64,000 bases of DNA from Candidatus Marinacidobacterales bacterium (GCA_965226495.1 OZ245365.1:2368001-2432000); one strand, 5' to 3'; counted from the stretch's first letter, positions 50,369 through 59,864 are shown. Notes: a model not told the origin generated them from the letters alone. Made by a program: numbers and translations.

Positions 50369-51115
50369 TTATTGGTCAGAGTACTCGAAACGAAGATGCA
50401 CGCCCACACGGTCCCGAGGATAGGATTGCGGAAGGGGAGGCAAGGGGTCGGATAGGTACACGGCCCTCGAGGCGGCCCTATCCAACTGGGGCACTCCGCT
50501 CGATTCCTCGACCTGAATGTCTTGCAAGCGACCATCCCTCATAATCGTGAAACGGATGATAGTGAACGAGGTACCCCTGACCGGCACCCGTTGCCAGTTT
50601 TGAAAGACCCGTCCGAACATCTGTTGCACGTAGTAGCTGTACTCGAAATCACCGTCGAAAGGCGAGCCTCCGGCGCCGCCCATGCCGAGACCCGGCGTTG
50701 CCGTCGCCGCCTTGAGCCTGGCGGAATCCCTGCTTGCCGCATCACGCCCGATCAATCCGGACTCCGGCTTCTTCGGTCTAGCTTTACTCCGTTTCGGTTT
50801 GGCGTCGGGCATGGGTAGCTGTTCACGATCTTCCTTCGTGGGGCGAACCACCCGCGGGGCCTCTTCTTTGGGTGGTTCCGGAGCCGCTACTTCCTCTACC
50901 GGTTCTCCCGGCGACGGACCTCCACCCATCCCCTGACTTGGACCTGGAAACCCGATTTGGACGAAAGCGACGGCTTCCGGGAAGGGGGAGGGCTGTGGCG
51001 ACAAGCGAGATGCGATCAAAAGGAGGGCGAACACTCCCATGTGCATGGTTCCAGACCACCACAACATGGAAGTGAACGGATCCCGCGCGTTTCTGCTGGC
51101 ACCGATCGCGCTCAC
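50369..51115 (-). CDS. TolA/TonB-family protein
   Basis: N-terminal TM with His, Pro/Lys-rich linker, SSG..LDRAA..AV...PLPPLP C-domain. Confidence 0.85.
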   Translation of the reverse strand: MSAIGASRNARDPFTSMLWWSGTMHMGVFALLLIASRLSPQPSPFPEAVAFVQIGFPGPSQGMGGGPSPGEPVEEVAAPEPPKEEAPRVVRPTKEDREQLPMPDAKPKRSKARPKKPESGLIGRDAASRDSARLKAATATPGLGMGGAGGSPFDGDFEYSYYVQQMFGRVFQNWQRVPVRGTSFTIIRFTIMRDGRLQDIQVEESSGVPQLDRAASRAVYLSDPLPPLPQSYPRDRVGVHLRFEYSDQ

Positions 51116-51597
51116 CGAGATGCCTTCTCTTCCGGATAGATGTAGACGAGCCCGATGGTGTCCACTCCAGCACGTTTCATCAGATCCATGACCGAGATGA
51201 TCTGCTTGTAGCGTAGTTCTTCATCCGCTCTCAGATAGGCGACGCGCAACCCACGAAGCTCAACCATGTCCTTGACTCTTTGTTCGAGTAACGCGATGTT
51301 GACCGCCTTGTCATCGATGTAGGTTTGACCCTGGCGGTCCATGGTCACGATGAGCCTTTCGCTCACATTATCCTGTCGAATCCCGGCGGCGGGAAGACTC
51401 ACATCCAGCGCACGAAGCAACATCGGCGCGGTGATCATGAAGATGATGAGCAAGACGAGAACAACATCGACGAAGGGGGTGACGTTGATATCGGACATCG
51501 GCCGCGTGGAATCCCGCTGGGCTCGGGAGCCGAGATAGATGTCCATTGCGGACCCGGCCTGTCCGGCCTGTCCGCTGCCACCTCCGCTCGTCATCAC
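51112..51597 (-). CDS. tolR: TolR/ExbD biopolymer transport protein
   Basis: DINVTPFVDVVLVLLIIFMITAP, LRAD. Confidence 0.9.
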   Translation of the reverse strand: MMTSGGGSGQAGQAGSAMDIYLGSRAQRDSTRPMSDINVTPFVDVVLVLLIIFMITAPMLLRALDVSLPAAGIRQDNVSERLIVTMDRQGQTYIDDKAVNIALLEQRVKDMVELRGLRVAYLRADEELRYKQIISVMDLMKRAGVDTIGLVYIYPEEKASR

Positions 51598-51600
51598 GAT

Positions 51601-52359
51601 CTAGGTGAAATTCCTTTCGATGATCGACAGGTACTCGAGCGCGAAGTCGTCCATTTCTGTACCAAGAAGCTTCACCCAATTGAGGAAGTAGTTGTAGAAG
51701 ATCACCGCAGGGATCGCGGCGGCAAGACCCGCGGCGGTCGCGATGAGCGCTTCGCTGACGCCCGGCGCGACGACACTGATGTTCGCAGCTTGCACGGCGC
51801 CGATTTGCTGAAAGGCGTTCATGATTCCCCAGACCGTGCCGAAGAGTCCGATGAACGGAGTGGCGCTACCGGTGGTAGCAAGAAAGCCGAGTCGTCGTTC
51901 GAGTTTTGCCATTTCCGCATGGGATGCCCGTACCAGCGAACGAGCGATGCTATCGAGACTCTTGATCTGTGACCCGTCGCCTTCCGACTCGTCGTCTCTG
52001 CCTTTGGAACCGCCCTTCGACGATCGCAGCTGGTAGCCAAGCTCATTGTAGCCCGACAGAAACATCCCCACTAAGGGACTCGAGCGCAGTTGTTGACACA
52101 CCGAATGAACTTCAGAGAACTTCTTGCTGCGACGAAAAATTTCGAGGAAGGCACTCGAGTGCGTCTCGGCGCGGCGCAGGACCATCCACTTGCTCAGGAT
52201 GATGGCCCAAGAGACCAGGGAGAATATGACGAGCGTGACCAGCACCCCGATGACAATCGGGCCCGAGTCGGCGATGAGCTGAAACGGGTCGAGGCCTTCT
52301 GGACTCTGAATGGGTGTCGCCGCAATTTCCTGGACTGGCTCCAACTGGCCTCCGACCAC
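51601..52359 (-). CDS. tolQ: TolQ (MotA/TolQ/ExbB family)
   Basis: TPFIGLFGTVWGIM, VAPGVSEALIATAAGL. Confidence 0.93.
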   Translation of the reverse strand: MVGGQLEPVQEIAATPIQSPEGLDPFQLIADSGPIVIGVLVTLVIFSLVSWAIILSKWMVLRRAETHSSAFLEIFRRSKKFSEVHSVCQQLRSSPLVGMFLSGYNELGYQLRSSKGGSKGRDDESEGDGSQIKSLDSIARSLVRASHAEMAKLERRLGFLATTGSATPFIGLFGTVWGIMNAFQQIGAVQAANISVVAPGVSEALIATAAGLAAAIPAVIFYNYFLNWVKLLGTEMDDFALEYLSIIERNFT

Positions 52360-52383
52360 TATATATGGTGATGTCTGCAGGTC

Positions 52384-52412
52384 ACGCTACCACAAGGACT
52401 TGGACCTGTCAA
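52384..52412 (-). promoter_or_regulatory. Putative sigma70 promoter of the tol-pal operon
   Basis: Minus strand TTGACA-N17-TAGCGT. Confidence 0.5.
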
Positions 52413-52557
52413 AGAATTTGGCTCATCGCGGTGGAAATGCGCACGGTCGGCCGAAACTTCGTCCTACTTTGATTAAGGAGTACCAGTGCCGCCGTCTTCT
52501 CGGGTTCCGAGCGCTGTGGTACATTGCTTCTGGAAAGCCGCACATCCCGGAGTGATC

Positions 52558-54273
52558 ATGTTGGGTTGGATCCATGTTCGCAATATCGCCGTCATCGACG
52601 AGCTCCAGGTCGATTTCGAATCGGGTTTGAACCTGCTCACCGGGGAGACGGGGGCCGGCAAGACCATACTTATCGATGCGCTGAGTCTCATACTGGGCTC
52701 TCGGGCCTCGACCGATCTCGTCCGGACCGGTACCGAGCAGGCGACAGTTGAAGCCGGGTTCGAGCTCCCGGAACTCCCAAAGGCATTGGAACGCCGATTA
52801 GGCGACGCGGGGATCGACGTTGACGGTGAGGAGATCATCGTGCGACGTGAAGTCGCAGCCGGCCAGAAGAACGAAAACAGTAAGAAGAGCGGAAAGAGCC
52901 GAGTTGCCGTCAACGGTGCCGCCGGAGCCACGGGCTTGCTTCGCGACATCGCGCCTTTCTTGGTCGACATCCACGGGCAAGGCGAGACGGCAACCTTGGC
53001 GAAGGCGGACGCCGGACTGGATCTCCTCGACCAGTCCGTTCCCTACCGTGGCCAGACACAGAAAGTCTTCGACGCCTATCGTCGCTTCGCGGACCTCGAA
53101 GCGCAGGAGACGGAGCTTGCCAGCAAGGCGAAGGACACCGAGACCCGCCGGGAGTTCCTGAGGTTCCAGCTCGAGGAGATCCAGAGGGGGAAGCCCGAGG
53201 CAGGGGAGGACACCGAGCTCGAAGCGGAGCGTCAGGTCCTTGCCCATGGAGAGCGGCTGCGGGCTTTGACCGATGAGGCATACGGCGCGCTCTACGATGA
53301 CGAGGGCTCGGTCCTGGCGCGGTTGGCCCAGGTGTGGAAGCAACTGGGGGAGCTCGCTGAGATCGATGCCCGGCTCAAGCCCTACCTCGCGAGCCGGGAG
53401 ACGGTGGATTCTCAGCTGGACGACTTGGCGCTCTTCCTCCGGGACTACCGCGAGGAGATCCGCTCTGCACCCGGGCGGCTGGACGAACTAGAGACCAGGC
53501 TGGCGGAGCTCGAACGGCTCAAGAAGAAATACGGCGGGAGCCTCGAGACGGTTCTGGAGCAGCGGGACCAATACCACGAGGACCTCGACCAACTCGAGAG
53601 CTCGAATCACCTGCTCGCCGAGACTCGGGAGAAGAAAGAGGACGCTGCCAAGGAGTACCTGAACGTCGCGCGTGAGCTTTCCAAACGACGCGCCGCGGGT
53701 GCGAAGAGCCTACAGACGAAAGTCTTGAAGGAGCTCCGGGATCTCGCCATGGAGAAAGCGCGATTCTCGATCCACGTGATCGCTCCGGAGCACGCGGTCC
53801 CGGAACGCTCTTACTGGCGGGATAAGGGGCTCGATACGGTGGATCTTCTTTTCTCCGCGAACCCCGGTGAAGAGCTCCGACCCCTTTCGCGGGTCGCCTC
53901 CGGGGGAGAGCTCTCACGCTTTATGCTCGCCCTCAAATCCGTGGCGGCACAAGGAGGGGATTCGAAGACCCTCGTCTTCGACGAGGTCGACGCCGGCATC
54001 GGGGGCCGGGTGGCGGACATAGTGGGGGAGAAGCTGAAGGCCCTTTCACGGTCTCATCAAGTCATCTGTATCACCCACCTCCCCCAGATCGCGAGATTCG
54101 CAGATGCGCATTTTCGTATTGAAAAAACTGAGACCAACGGGAGGACCGTAACCCGCGTCCGACGACTTGACCGGAAGGGGCGTATCGACGAAATCGCGCG
54201 TATGCTCGCCGGCTCCGTTGTGACCGATACCGCTCGCAAGCACGCTGAGCAATTGGTCGCCGAAAACAGCTGA
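52558..54273 (+). CDS. recN: DNA repair protein RecN
   Basis: TGETGAGK, DIHGQ, ASGGELSR, FDEVDAGIGG, CITHLPQIA. Confidence 0.97.
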   Translation: MLGWIHVRNIAVIDELQVDFESGLNLLTGETGAGKTILIDALSLILGSRASTDLVRTGTEQATVEAGFELPELPKALERRLGDAGIDVDGEEIIVRREVAAGQKNENSKKSGKSRVAVNGAAGATGLLRDIAPFLVDIHGQGETATLAKADAGLDLLDQSVPYRGQTQKVFDAYRRFADLEAQETELASKAKDTETRREFLRFQLEEIQRGKPEAGEDTELEAERQVLAHGERLRALTDEAYGALYDDEGSVLARLAQVWKQLGELAEIDARLKPYLASRETVDSQLDDLALFLRDYREEIRSAPGRLDELETRLAELERLKKKYGGSLETVLEQRDQYHEDLDQLESSNHLLAETREKKEDAAKEYLNVARELSKRRAAGAKSLQTKVLKELRDLAMEKARFSIHVIAPEHAVPERSYWRDKGLDTVDLLFSANPGEELRPLSRVASGGELSRFMLALKSVAAQGGDSKTLVFDEVDAGIGGRVADIVGEKLKALSRSHQVICITHLPQIARFADAHFRIEKTETNGRTVTRVRRLDRKGRIDEIARMLAGSVVTDTARKHAEQLVAENS

Positions 54274-54286
54274 GTTAAAGTGTTAC

Positions 54287-55690
54287 TTGAGGTTCTTAGT
54301 GAAACCACTTGCCGAACATAAACAACATCATCAACAGGGAATCCCTCAACGCTACTTCATCGACACCTGGGGGTGCCAGATGAACGTTCACGACTCCGAG
54401 AAGATCGCGGGCACCCTCAAACGAATCGGCTTTGTCCCGACCGCCGTCGAAGAGGAGGCGGACGTCATCGTTCTTAATACCTGCAGCGTTCGCGAAAAGG
54501 CGGAAGAAAAAGTCTTTGACCACCTCGGACGGCTCAAGCGTTTCAAGCGGAAGTCCGGTGAGAGAAAACAACCGGTCATCGGTCTCGCCGGCTGTGTCGC
54601 CCAGCAAGAAGGCGAAGCCATCTTCGCACGAGCCCCGCACGTGGACTTCGTACTGGGCACCCAAAGTCTGGTCATGCTTCCCGAGGTCTTGGAGCGAGTC
54701 CTTCGCCATGGAGAGAGAGTCGTCGAGATCGGAAGGCACCCCGAGAATCTCGACTTCCCGCCGGAGCAGATAGAGCGCGTCGCGGGCGTAAAGGCCTTCA
54801 CGACGATCATGGAGGGCTGTGACAACTTTTGTTCCTTTTGCATCGTTCCCTTCACTCGAGGACGGGAGAGGTGTCGACCGCTAGAGGCTATCGTCGACGA
54901 AGCCAAAGTGATGGCCAAGCAGGGCGTCAAAGAAATTCAGCTTCTGGGACAGAACGTAAACTCCTATGTAGACCCAGGAGAGGGTCGCTCTTTCGCGGAG
55001 TTGTTGGATGCCGTCGACGCCGTCGAAGGTATTGAAAGGATACGGTTTACAAGCCCACATCCCAAGGATTTCGACCGTGCGTTGATGGAACGTTTCCGCG
55101 ACCTGCGGAAACTGTGCCCTCACATGCATCTTCCCGCCCAGTCCGGCTCCACGACGGTCCTAGCGCGCATGAAGCGAGGCCACACTCGCGAGGAATATCT
55201 GCAGCGCATCGAGTTGGCGAGGCAATTAGTGCCTGACATTGCCTTGTCAACGGATCTCATCGTCGGCTTTCCCGGAGAAACCGACGCCGAGTTCGAGGAC
55301 ACGATGACGCTGATCCAGACCGTCGGGTACGACAGCATCTACTCGTTCAAATATTCGCCGCGCCCTCACACCTCCGCCATCAAGGAACTACCGGATGACG
55401 TGCCGGCCGAGGTCAAGATTCAGCGCTTGTCCCGGTTGCAGGACGCCCAACGCCGAATACAGGAACGGAAGAACCTCGAGCACGTCGGTCGCGAGGTCGA
55501 AGTCTTGGTGGATGGCGTGGCCAAGAGGAACGTCGGAGTCCTGGCGGGAAGAAATCCGCACAACCGCGTCGTCAATTTCCGAGCAAGCGAAGATCGCGTC
55601 GGCCAATTCGTGCGCGTTCGCATCACCACGGCGAGGCCAAACAGTCTTTTTGGGGAGGAGGTGTCGTTAATACGCGCTAAAGATTGTTGA
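54287..55690 (+). CDS. miaB: tRNA methylthiotransferase MiaB
   Basis: TWGCQMNVHDSE, NTCSVREKA, CDNFCSFC, GQNVNSY, TRAM domain. Confidence 0.96.
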   Translation: MRFLVKPLAEHKQHHQQGIPQRYFIDTWGCQMNVHDSEKIAGTLKRIGFVPTAVEEEADVIVLNTCSVREKAEEKVFDHLGRLKRFKRKSGERKQPVIGLAGCVAQQEGEAIFARAPHVDFVLGTQSLVMLPEVLERVLRHGERVVEIGRHPENLDFPPEQIERVAGVKAFTTIMEGCDNFCSFCIVPFTRGRERCRPLEAIVDEAKVMAKQGVKEIQLLGQNVNSYVDPGEGRSFAELLDAVDAVEGIERIRFTSPHPKDFDRALMERFRDLRKLCPHMHLPAQSGSTTVLARMKRGHTREEYLQRIELARQLVPDIALSTDLIVGFPGETDAEFEDTMTLIQTVGYDSIYSFKYSPRPHTSAIKELPDDVPAEVKIQRLSRLQDAQRRIQERKNLEHVGREVEVLVDGVAKRNVGVLAGRNPHNRVVNFRASEDRVGQFVRVRITTARPNSLFGEEVSLIRAKDC

Positions 55691-55715
55691 CTTTCCATTC
55701 GCCCCCCCCTATATT
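55687..55715 (+). promoter_or_regulatory. Putative sigma70 promoter with a C8 tract in the spacer
   Basis: TTGACT-N17-TATATT. Confidence 0.55.
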
Positions 55716-55756
55716 GTGGTTACGCAAAAACGATCACGAGGGCGAGAGGTCCGGTA

Positions 55757-56242
55757 ATGGAAATCGAGATGACCATCAAGGGCTTGATGATCGATCCCAT
55801 CACCAACATGCCCATCGTGATTCTCAAAGACAAGGAAGGAAACCGAATCCTTCCCATTTGGGTCGGCATCTTCGAGGCCAACGCGATCGCGCTTCAAATT
55901 GAAAACATCTCTACGCCACGCCCGATGACGCACGATCTTCTGAAGAATGTCCTGGGCGATCTCGAGGCCAACGTACAAAAGATCGTGGTCTGCGAGCTCA
56001 AAGACAACACGTTCTACGCGATGATCTACCTGAATCGCAACGGCGAGGTGATTGCCATCGACTCACGCCCGAGCGACGCCATCGCCCTCGCGCTTCGTAC
56101 GAAGTCGCCCATCTTCGTTGAGGAAAGCGTCGTGGAGAGCGCGAAGGGAATGGATCTGACGAAGGACGCGACAGATTCCGAGAAGCTTCAGAAGTGGCTC
56201 GAGGGCCTCAACCCTGAGGATCTCGGGAAGTACAAGATGTGA
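55757..56242 (+). CDS. Bifunctional nuclease family protein (DUF151)
   Basis: LPIWVG..EA.AI, RPMTHDL, IDSRPSDAIALAL. Confidence 0.93.
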   Translation: MEIEMTIKGLMIDPITNMPIVILKDKEGNRILPIWVGIFEANAIALQIENISTPRPMTHDLLKNVLGDLEANVQKIVVCELKDNTFYAMIYLNRNGEVIAIDSRPSDAIALALRTKSPIFVEESVVESAKGMDLTKDATDSEKLQKWLEGLNPEDLGKYKM

Positions 56243-56375
56243 GCGAGTGAATCACCGCATACGAACTCTAATATGTACTTGATGACACGCTGAATGCCGC
56301 TACACGGGGCCCAACCTGCTCGGTTCCCGCTTACCGATAGTTCTCCCTCAAAATCAAAAACATAGGAGTGGAACC

Positions 56376-57137
56376 TTGGCTACCGTTATAACTATAGCGA
56401 ACCAAAAGGGTGGTGTAGGGAAGACGACGACGGCGGTCAACTTGGCTGCCGCTCTCGCTATGAAGAAACAGCCTACTCTCATCATCGACATGGATCCCCA
56501 GTCCAATACGTCCATATCCCTCGTGGATCTGGATACGGTTGAAAATTCAGTCTATGACGGGCTCGTTGACCTGTCGGCTGAGTTGAAAGATGCCATCTAC
56601 GAGACCTCCGTAGATAAGCTGCACCTTATCCCGTCCAAGATTTCCTTGGCGAAGTTGGAGAGCAAGCTCCTCGGTGAGCTGGATGGCCACTTTCGCCTGC
56701 GGGATCGGCTGTCGATGCTTCAGGGTCGTTACAAGTACATCATCATCGATACCCCGCCGACGTTGGGGCTGATCACGGTGAACGCGTTGGTCGCTGCCAC
56801 ACATTTGCTGATCCCGATACAGTCATCCTACTTTGCTCTCGAAGGGACAGGAGATCTCCTGGAGACCATGGATAAGGTGAAGGCGCGGCCAAACCCGGAC
56901 CTTCGACTGCTCGGAATCCTGATTACACTCCATGACCGCCGCACCACACTCTCCCGCGACGTTCGTAAGAAGATCAAGGAGAGCTTCGGCGAGAAGGTCT
57001 TCAAGACCGTCATCAATAAGAACGTTCGACTCGAAGAGAGTCCCGCCCACAAGGAGGCGATCTTCAGCTTCGCTCCGCGTTCCCGGGGGGCCTTCGAATA
57101 CTACAGCCTTTCAGAAGAGGTGATCGCCCGTGTCTAG
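56376..57137 (+). CDS. parA: ParA/Soj-family ATPase
   Basis: NQKGGVGKTTT, DMDPQSN, IDTPPTLG. Confidence 0.93.
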   Translation: MATVITIANQKGGVGKTTTAVNLAAALAMKKQPTLIIDMDPQSNTSISLVDLDTVENSVYDGLVDLSAELKDAIYETSVDKLHLIPSKISLAKLESKLLGELDGHFRLRDRLSMLQGRYKYIIIDTPPTLGLITVNALVAATHLLIPIQSSYFALEGTGDLLETMDKVKARPNPDLRLLGILITLHDRRTTLSRDVRKKIKESFGEKVFKTVINKNVRLEESPAHKEAIFSFAPRSRGAFEYYSLSEEVIARV

Positions 57138-57957
57138 AAAAGCCGGCCTACCGAGTTCCGTGAGACTCCGCCACTTTGATCGCGACCTCCACTTCGTGGA
57201 CGAGCTCAGCAGTCGCCAGGGCATTCCCATTGGGCGCATGGTTGCCATCGAATATATCGAGCCCAATCCCCACCAGCCGCGTCAGCAAATGGGTGACCTC
57301 AGTGAGCTCACGACTTCGATCCGAGAGAAGGGCATCTTGCAACCGCTGATCGTCCGGCGGCTGGGGGACAAGTTCCAGATCATCTCGGGGGAGAGGCGAT
57401 ACCAAGCTGCCCTACAAGCTGGTCTCACCGAGCTACCGTGCGTGGAGAGAGACATCGACGACCGAGAGACGGTCGAGGTGGCTCTTGTCGAGAACATTCA
57501 ACGTAAGGATCTAACGCCATTCGAGGAAGCAGAAGCGCTGGGGCATTTGGTCTCGAACTACGAATACACACACGAGGCACTCGCCGGCCGGTTAGGGAAG
57601 TCGAGGACTAGCGTTACGGAAATGCTGAGCCTCAACACCATGCCGGACGAGATCAAGAATCTATGTCGGCTCGCCGACATCAGCTCTAAATCATTGTTAT
57701 TGCAGATACTTAGGCAGGACAGCCCCGAGAAAATGATGGAATTGGTCGAACAAATCTCCCGCGAGGGCCTGAATCGAGAGCAAGTTAGGAAGGTGGCTCG
57801 GGCGCCGGCTCGCGGCCGGCCGTCGAATTTCGTCTTTAAGTATGGCCCGAAGGGGAGCCCATTCCGATTGAACTTGACGTTCCGCAAAGCGAAGGTGGAA
57901 AAGCACGAGGTCATTCGAGTCCTAAGACGGATTCTTAGCGAGCTCGAAACATCCTGA
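57130..57957 (+). CDS. parB: ParB/Spo0J-family protein
   Basis: PNPHQPR, GILQPLIVR, ISGERRY, ENIQRKDL, HTH. Confidence 0.92.
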   Translation: MSRKAGLPSSVRLRHFDRDLHFVDELSSRQGIPIGRMVAIEYIEPNPHQPRQQMGDLSELTTSIREKGILQPLIVRRLGDKFQIISGERRYQAALQAGLTELPCVERDIDDRETVEVALVENIQRKDLTPFEEAEALGHLVSNYEYTHEALAGRLGKSRTSVTEMLSLNTMPDEIKNLCRLADISSKSLLLQILRQDSPEKMMELVEQISREGLNREQVRKVARAPARGRPSNFVFKYGPKGSPFRLNLTFRKAKVEKHEVIRVLRRILSELETS

Positions 57958-58001
57958 CATTCGTTAATTCGAGTCTTCGACAAGTTTTCCACATTCAGAT
58001 C

Positions 58002-58030
58002 TTGACACCGGAATCGGCGTTTGTTACTTT
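58002..58030 (+). promoter_or_regulatory. Putative sigma70 promoter with an adjacent DnaA-box-like TTTTCCACA (57985-57993)
   Basis: TTGACA-N17-TACTTT with TG extension. Confidence 0.5.
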
Positions 58031-58178
58031 CGCTCTGCTGAGTCGCCCGCGAACGCAGAGTTCCTAAAAACGCTCCCCGCTCCTGTTCGTAAGCGCCGTA
58101 ATAACCTAAAACCGAATCACCTCATCGATAGCTCCTCCTTAGCCCACCCCGGGGGAGAAGAAGAAGGGGAGGCTGACT

Positions 58179-58535
58179 ATGGGCCACCGGTACCGAGGGA
58201 AATCCCTCAAGGACGTACGCGAACAGAGGAACCTCAAGCTTCGTTGGATTTCGGAGGAGACCCGTATAACCACCTGGTATCTTGCCGGGATCGAAGACGA
58301 GCAGTTCGATAGGTTCCCAGGCAAGTTCTACTTCAAGAGCTTTGCCAAACAGTACGCGCAAAAGCTCGGCCTCAACGACTCCGAGGTCGTCCGCGACCTT
58401 CAAACCGCCTATGATACTTGGGAAGGAGAGCAACAACCGGCCCCGGCCTCGTCAACGAATGGAGTGCCGATCTCCGGCGCAAGCATCGTGGGCCTGCTAT
58501 ATCCTCCTGGCAAGGGTCGGATCCCAGAAGCGTAG
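58179..58535 (+). CDS. RodZ-like helix-turn-helix protein (no TM segment)
   Basis: G..LK..REQR...L..ISEETRI...YLAGIE...FPGKFY.KSFAKQYA..LGL. Confidence 0.8.
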   Translation: MGHRYRGKSLKDVREQRNLKLRWISEETRITTWYLAGIEDEQFDRFPGKFYFKSFAKQYAQKLGLNDSEVVRDLQTAYDTWEGEQQPAPASSTNGVPISGASIVGLLYPPGKGRIPEA

Positions 58536-58612
58536 TCTCGTCCTCCCTCTACCTGCGCGGCCCGGCCAGCGATGAGAGAAGCGACGAGCGTGCTGCGTGC
58601 TATAGTGACCTC

Positions 58613-59173
58613 ATGCGTATTAGGAGGTTTCTTTTCCTGAGTTTGTTGGCGTTCGGCGGCACCGGTCTCGCGGCGGAGGGGCCTGAAGTGTCTGCCGTGC
58701 CCGAAATAGGGGACCGCGCCCCAGACTTCGAGCTCAAGGACGCGGAGGGAAAGAGCTACCGCCTCTCGGAATTCAAGGGCAAGAATGTGGTGTTGGAGTT
58801 CATCCGCAGCGGCTCTTGGTGACCCTTCTGCAAAGCGCAGCTCGGCGAGCTGCAAGAATCCTACTCCGAAATCGGCAATCGCAACGCCGTCCTCCTCGTC
58901 ATTTCCAAATACGATGCCGAGGAGACCGCAAGCTGGCTGGAGAGCAATTCTTGGAGCTTCCCCGTCCTCTGCGACGGGAGGGGAGTGATCGAACTATACG
59001 GTATTTTGAACGAGGGAGCACTGAGCAAACCCAAGGCGGCCGGAATCCCACATCCGGCAACGTTCATCATCGACGCCGAAGGGGTCATTCGACTGAAGAA
59101 CGTTTGGGAGGACTACAAGAAGCGGACGTCTCCGGACACCATCTTAAGGGAGTTGGAAAAACTCAATGAGTAG
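58613..59173 (+). CDS. Probable selenoprotein: secreted AhpC/TSA (Prx-like) thioredoxin-fold protein, UxxC motif, Sec at TGA 58820-58822
   Basis: Continuous frame GDRAPDFEL...VVLEFIRSGSW-U-PFCKAQLGELQ...PHPATFIIDAEGVIR; the TGA sits at the first Cys of WCPFC; SECIS-like hairpin follows. Confidence 0.88.
58837..58853 (+). promoter_or_regulatory. Putative bacterial SECIS element
   Basis: GCAGCTC-GGC-GAGCTGC, perfect 7-bp stem, loop 21 nt after the UGA. Confidence 0.7.
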
Positions 59174-59705
59174 GCACAACAGCTGGCTAGCGATTCTCAC
59201 GCTGTTCTCCGCTTCCGGCGCTTTTGCTCAGAACATGGAGATTCCGGACTGGGAGAACTCGGTCCGCTTCGAGCTCGTCGCGTCGCAGGATCCCGTGCGG
59301 CCAGGCGACGGTTTCGAAGTCGCCATCCTGGCCGAGATCGAATCCGGTTATCATCTTTATGGTCCCGAAGAGAAGAAGCCGAATCGCACGGAGGTCGCGG
59401 TATCGGGAGACTTGGTCGAGGCCGATGATCCGATGTTCCCTCCGGTCGTCAGCCGGGACCTATCCGGACTCGGGACGTACGATCTCTACGAAGGAAAGAT
59501 CGCCATCCGCATTCCGCTTTCGGTTCATGAGGCCGCTTCCAAGGACAAACCGCTTCCGATTGATGTTAAGATCAACTATCAAGTCTGCACCGATGTCGCG
59601 TGCAGTGCCCCGACCAGCAAGACGCTGTCGCTTAAGCTTTCCGTGGCTGCGAAGGGGGCGGACGTCGAAAAACGGCACCGGAGTGTATTCAATTCGAAGG
59701 AATAA
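59166..59705 (+). CDS. Secreted DsbD N-terminal (alpha) domain protein
   Basis: Signal peptide; IESGYHLY, YEGKIAI, YQVCTDVAC; overlaps the upstream stop. Confidence 0.8.
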   Translation: MSRHNSWLAILTLFSASGAFAQNMEIPDWENSVRFELVASQDPVRPGDGFEVAILAEIESGYHLYGPEEKKPNRTEVAVSGDLVEADDPMFPPVVSRDLSGLGTYDLYEGKIAIRIPLSVHEAASKDKPLPIDVKINYQVCTDVACSAPTSKTLSLKLSVAAKGADVEKRHRSVFNSKE

Positions 59706-59728
59706 AACCATTCAAGTCGCAAGCTGAC

Positions 59729-59803
59729 TGGAGCGTAGCCAAGCGGTAAGGCACCTGGCTGTTAACCAGGCCACCGGAGGTTCGAATCCTCCCGCTCCAG
59801 CCA
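59729..59803 (+). tRNA. tRNA-Asn(GTT) with encoded CCA
   Basis: Acceptor TGGAGCG/CGCTCCA, G73, CCA; anticodon arm CCTGG-CT-GTT-AA-CCAGG; T arm GGAGG-TTCGAAT-CCTCC. Confidence 0.93.
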
Positions 59804-59864
59804 AATTGCTGCTAACAAACACGCAGGTTAGGCAAAAACGCGGTGCCAGTAACAAGGACGTTCT

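Noticed and set aside
57985-57993. Replication origin next to parAB
   Set aside because: Only one DnaA-box-like 9-mer; no box cluster, AT-rich unwinding element or dnaA.
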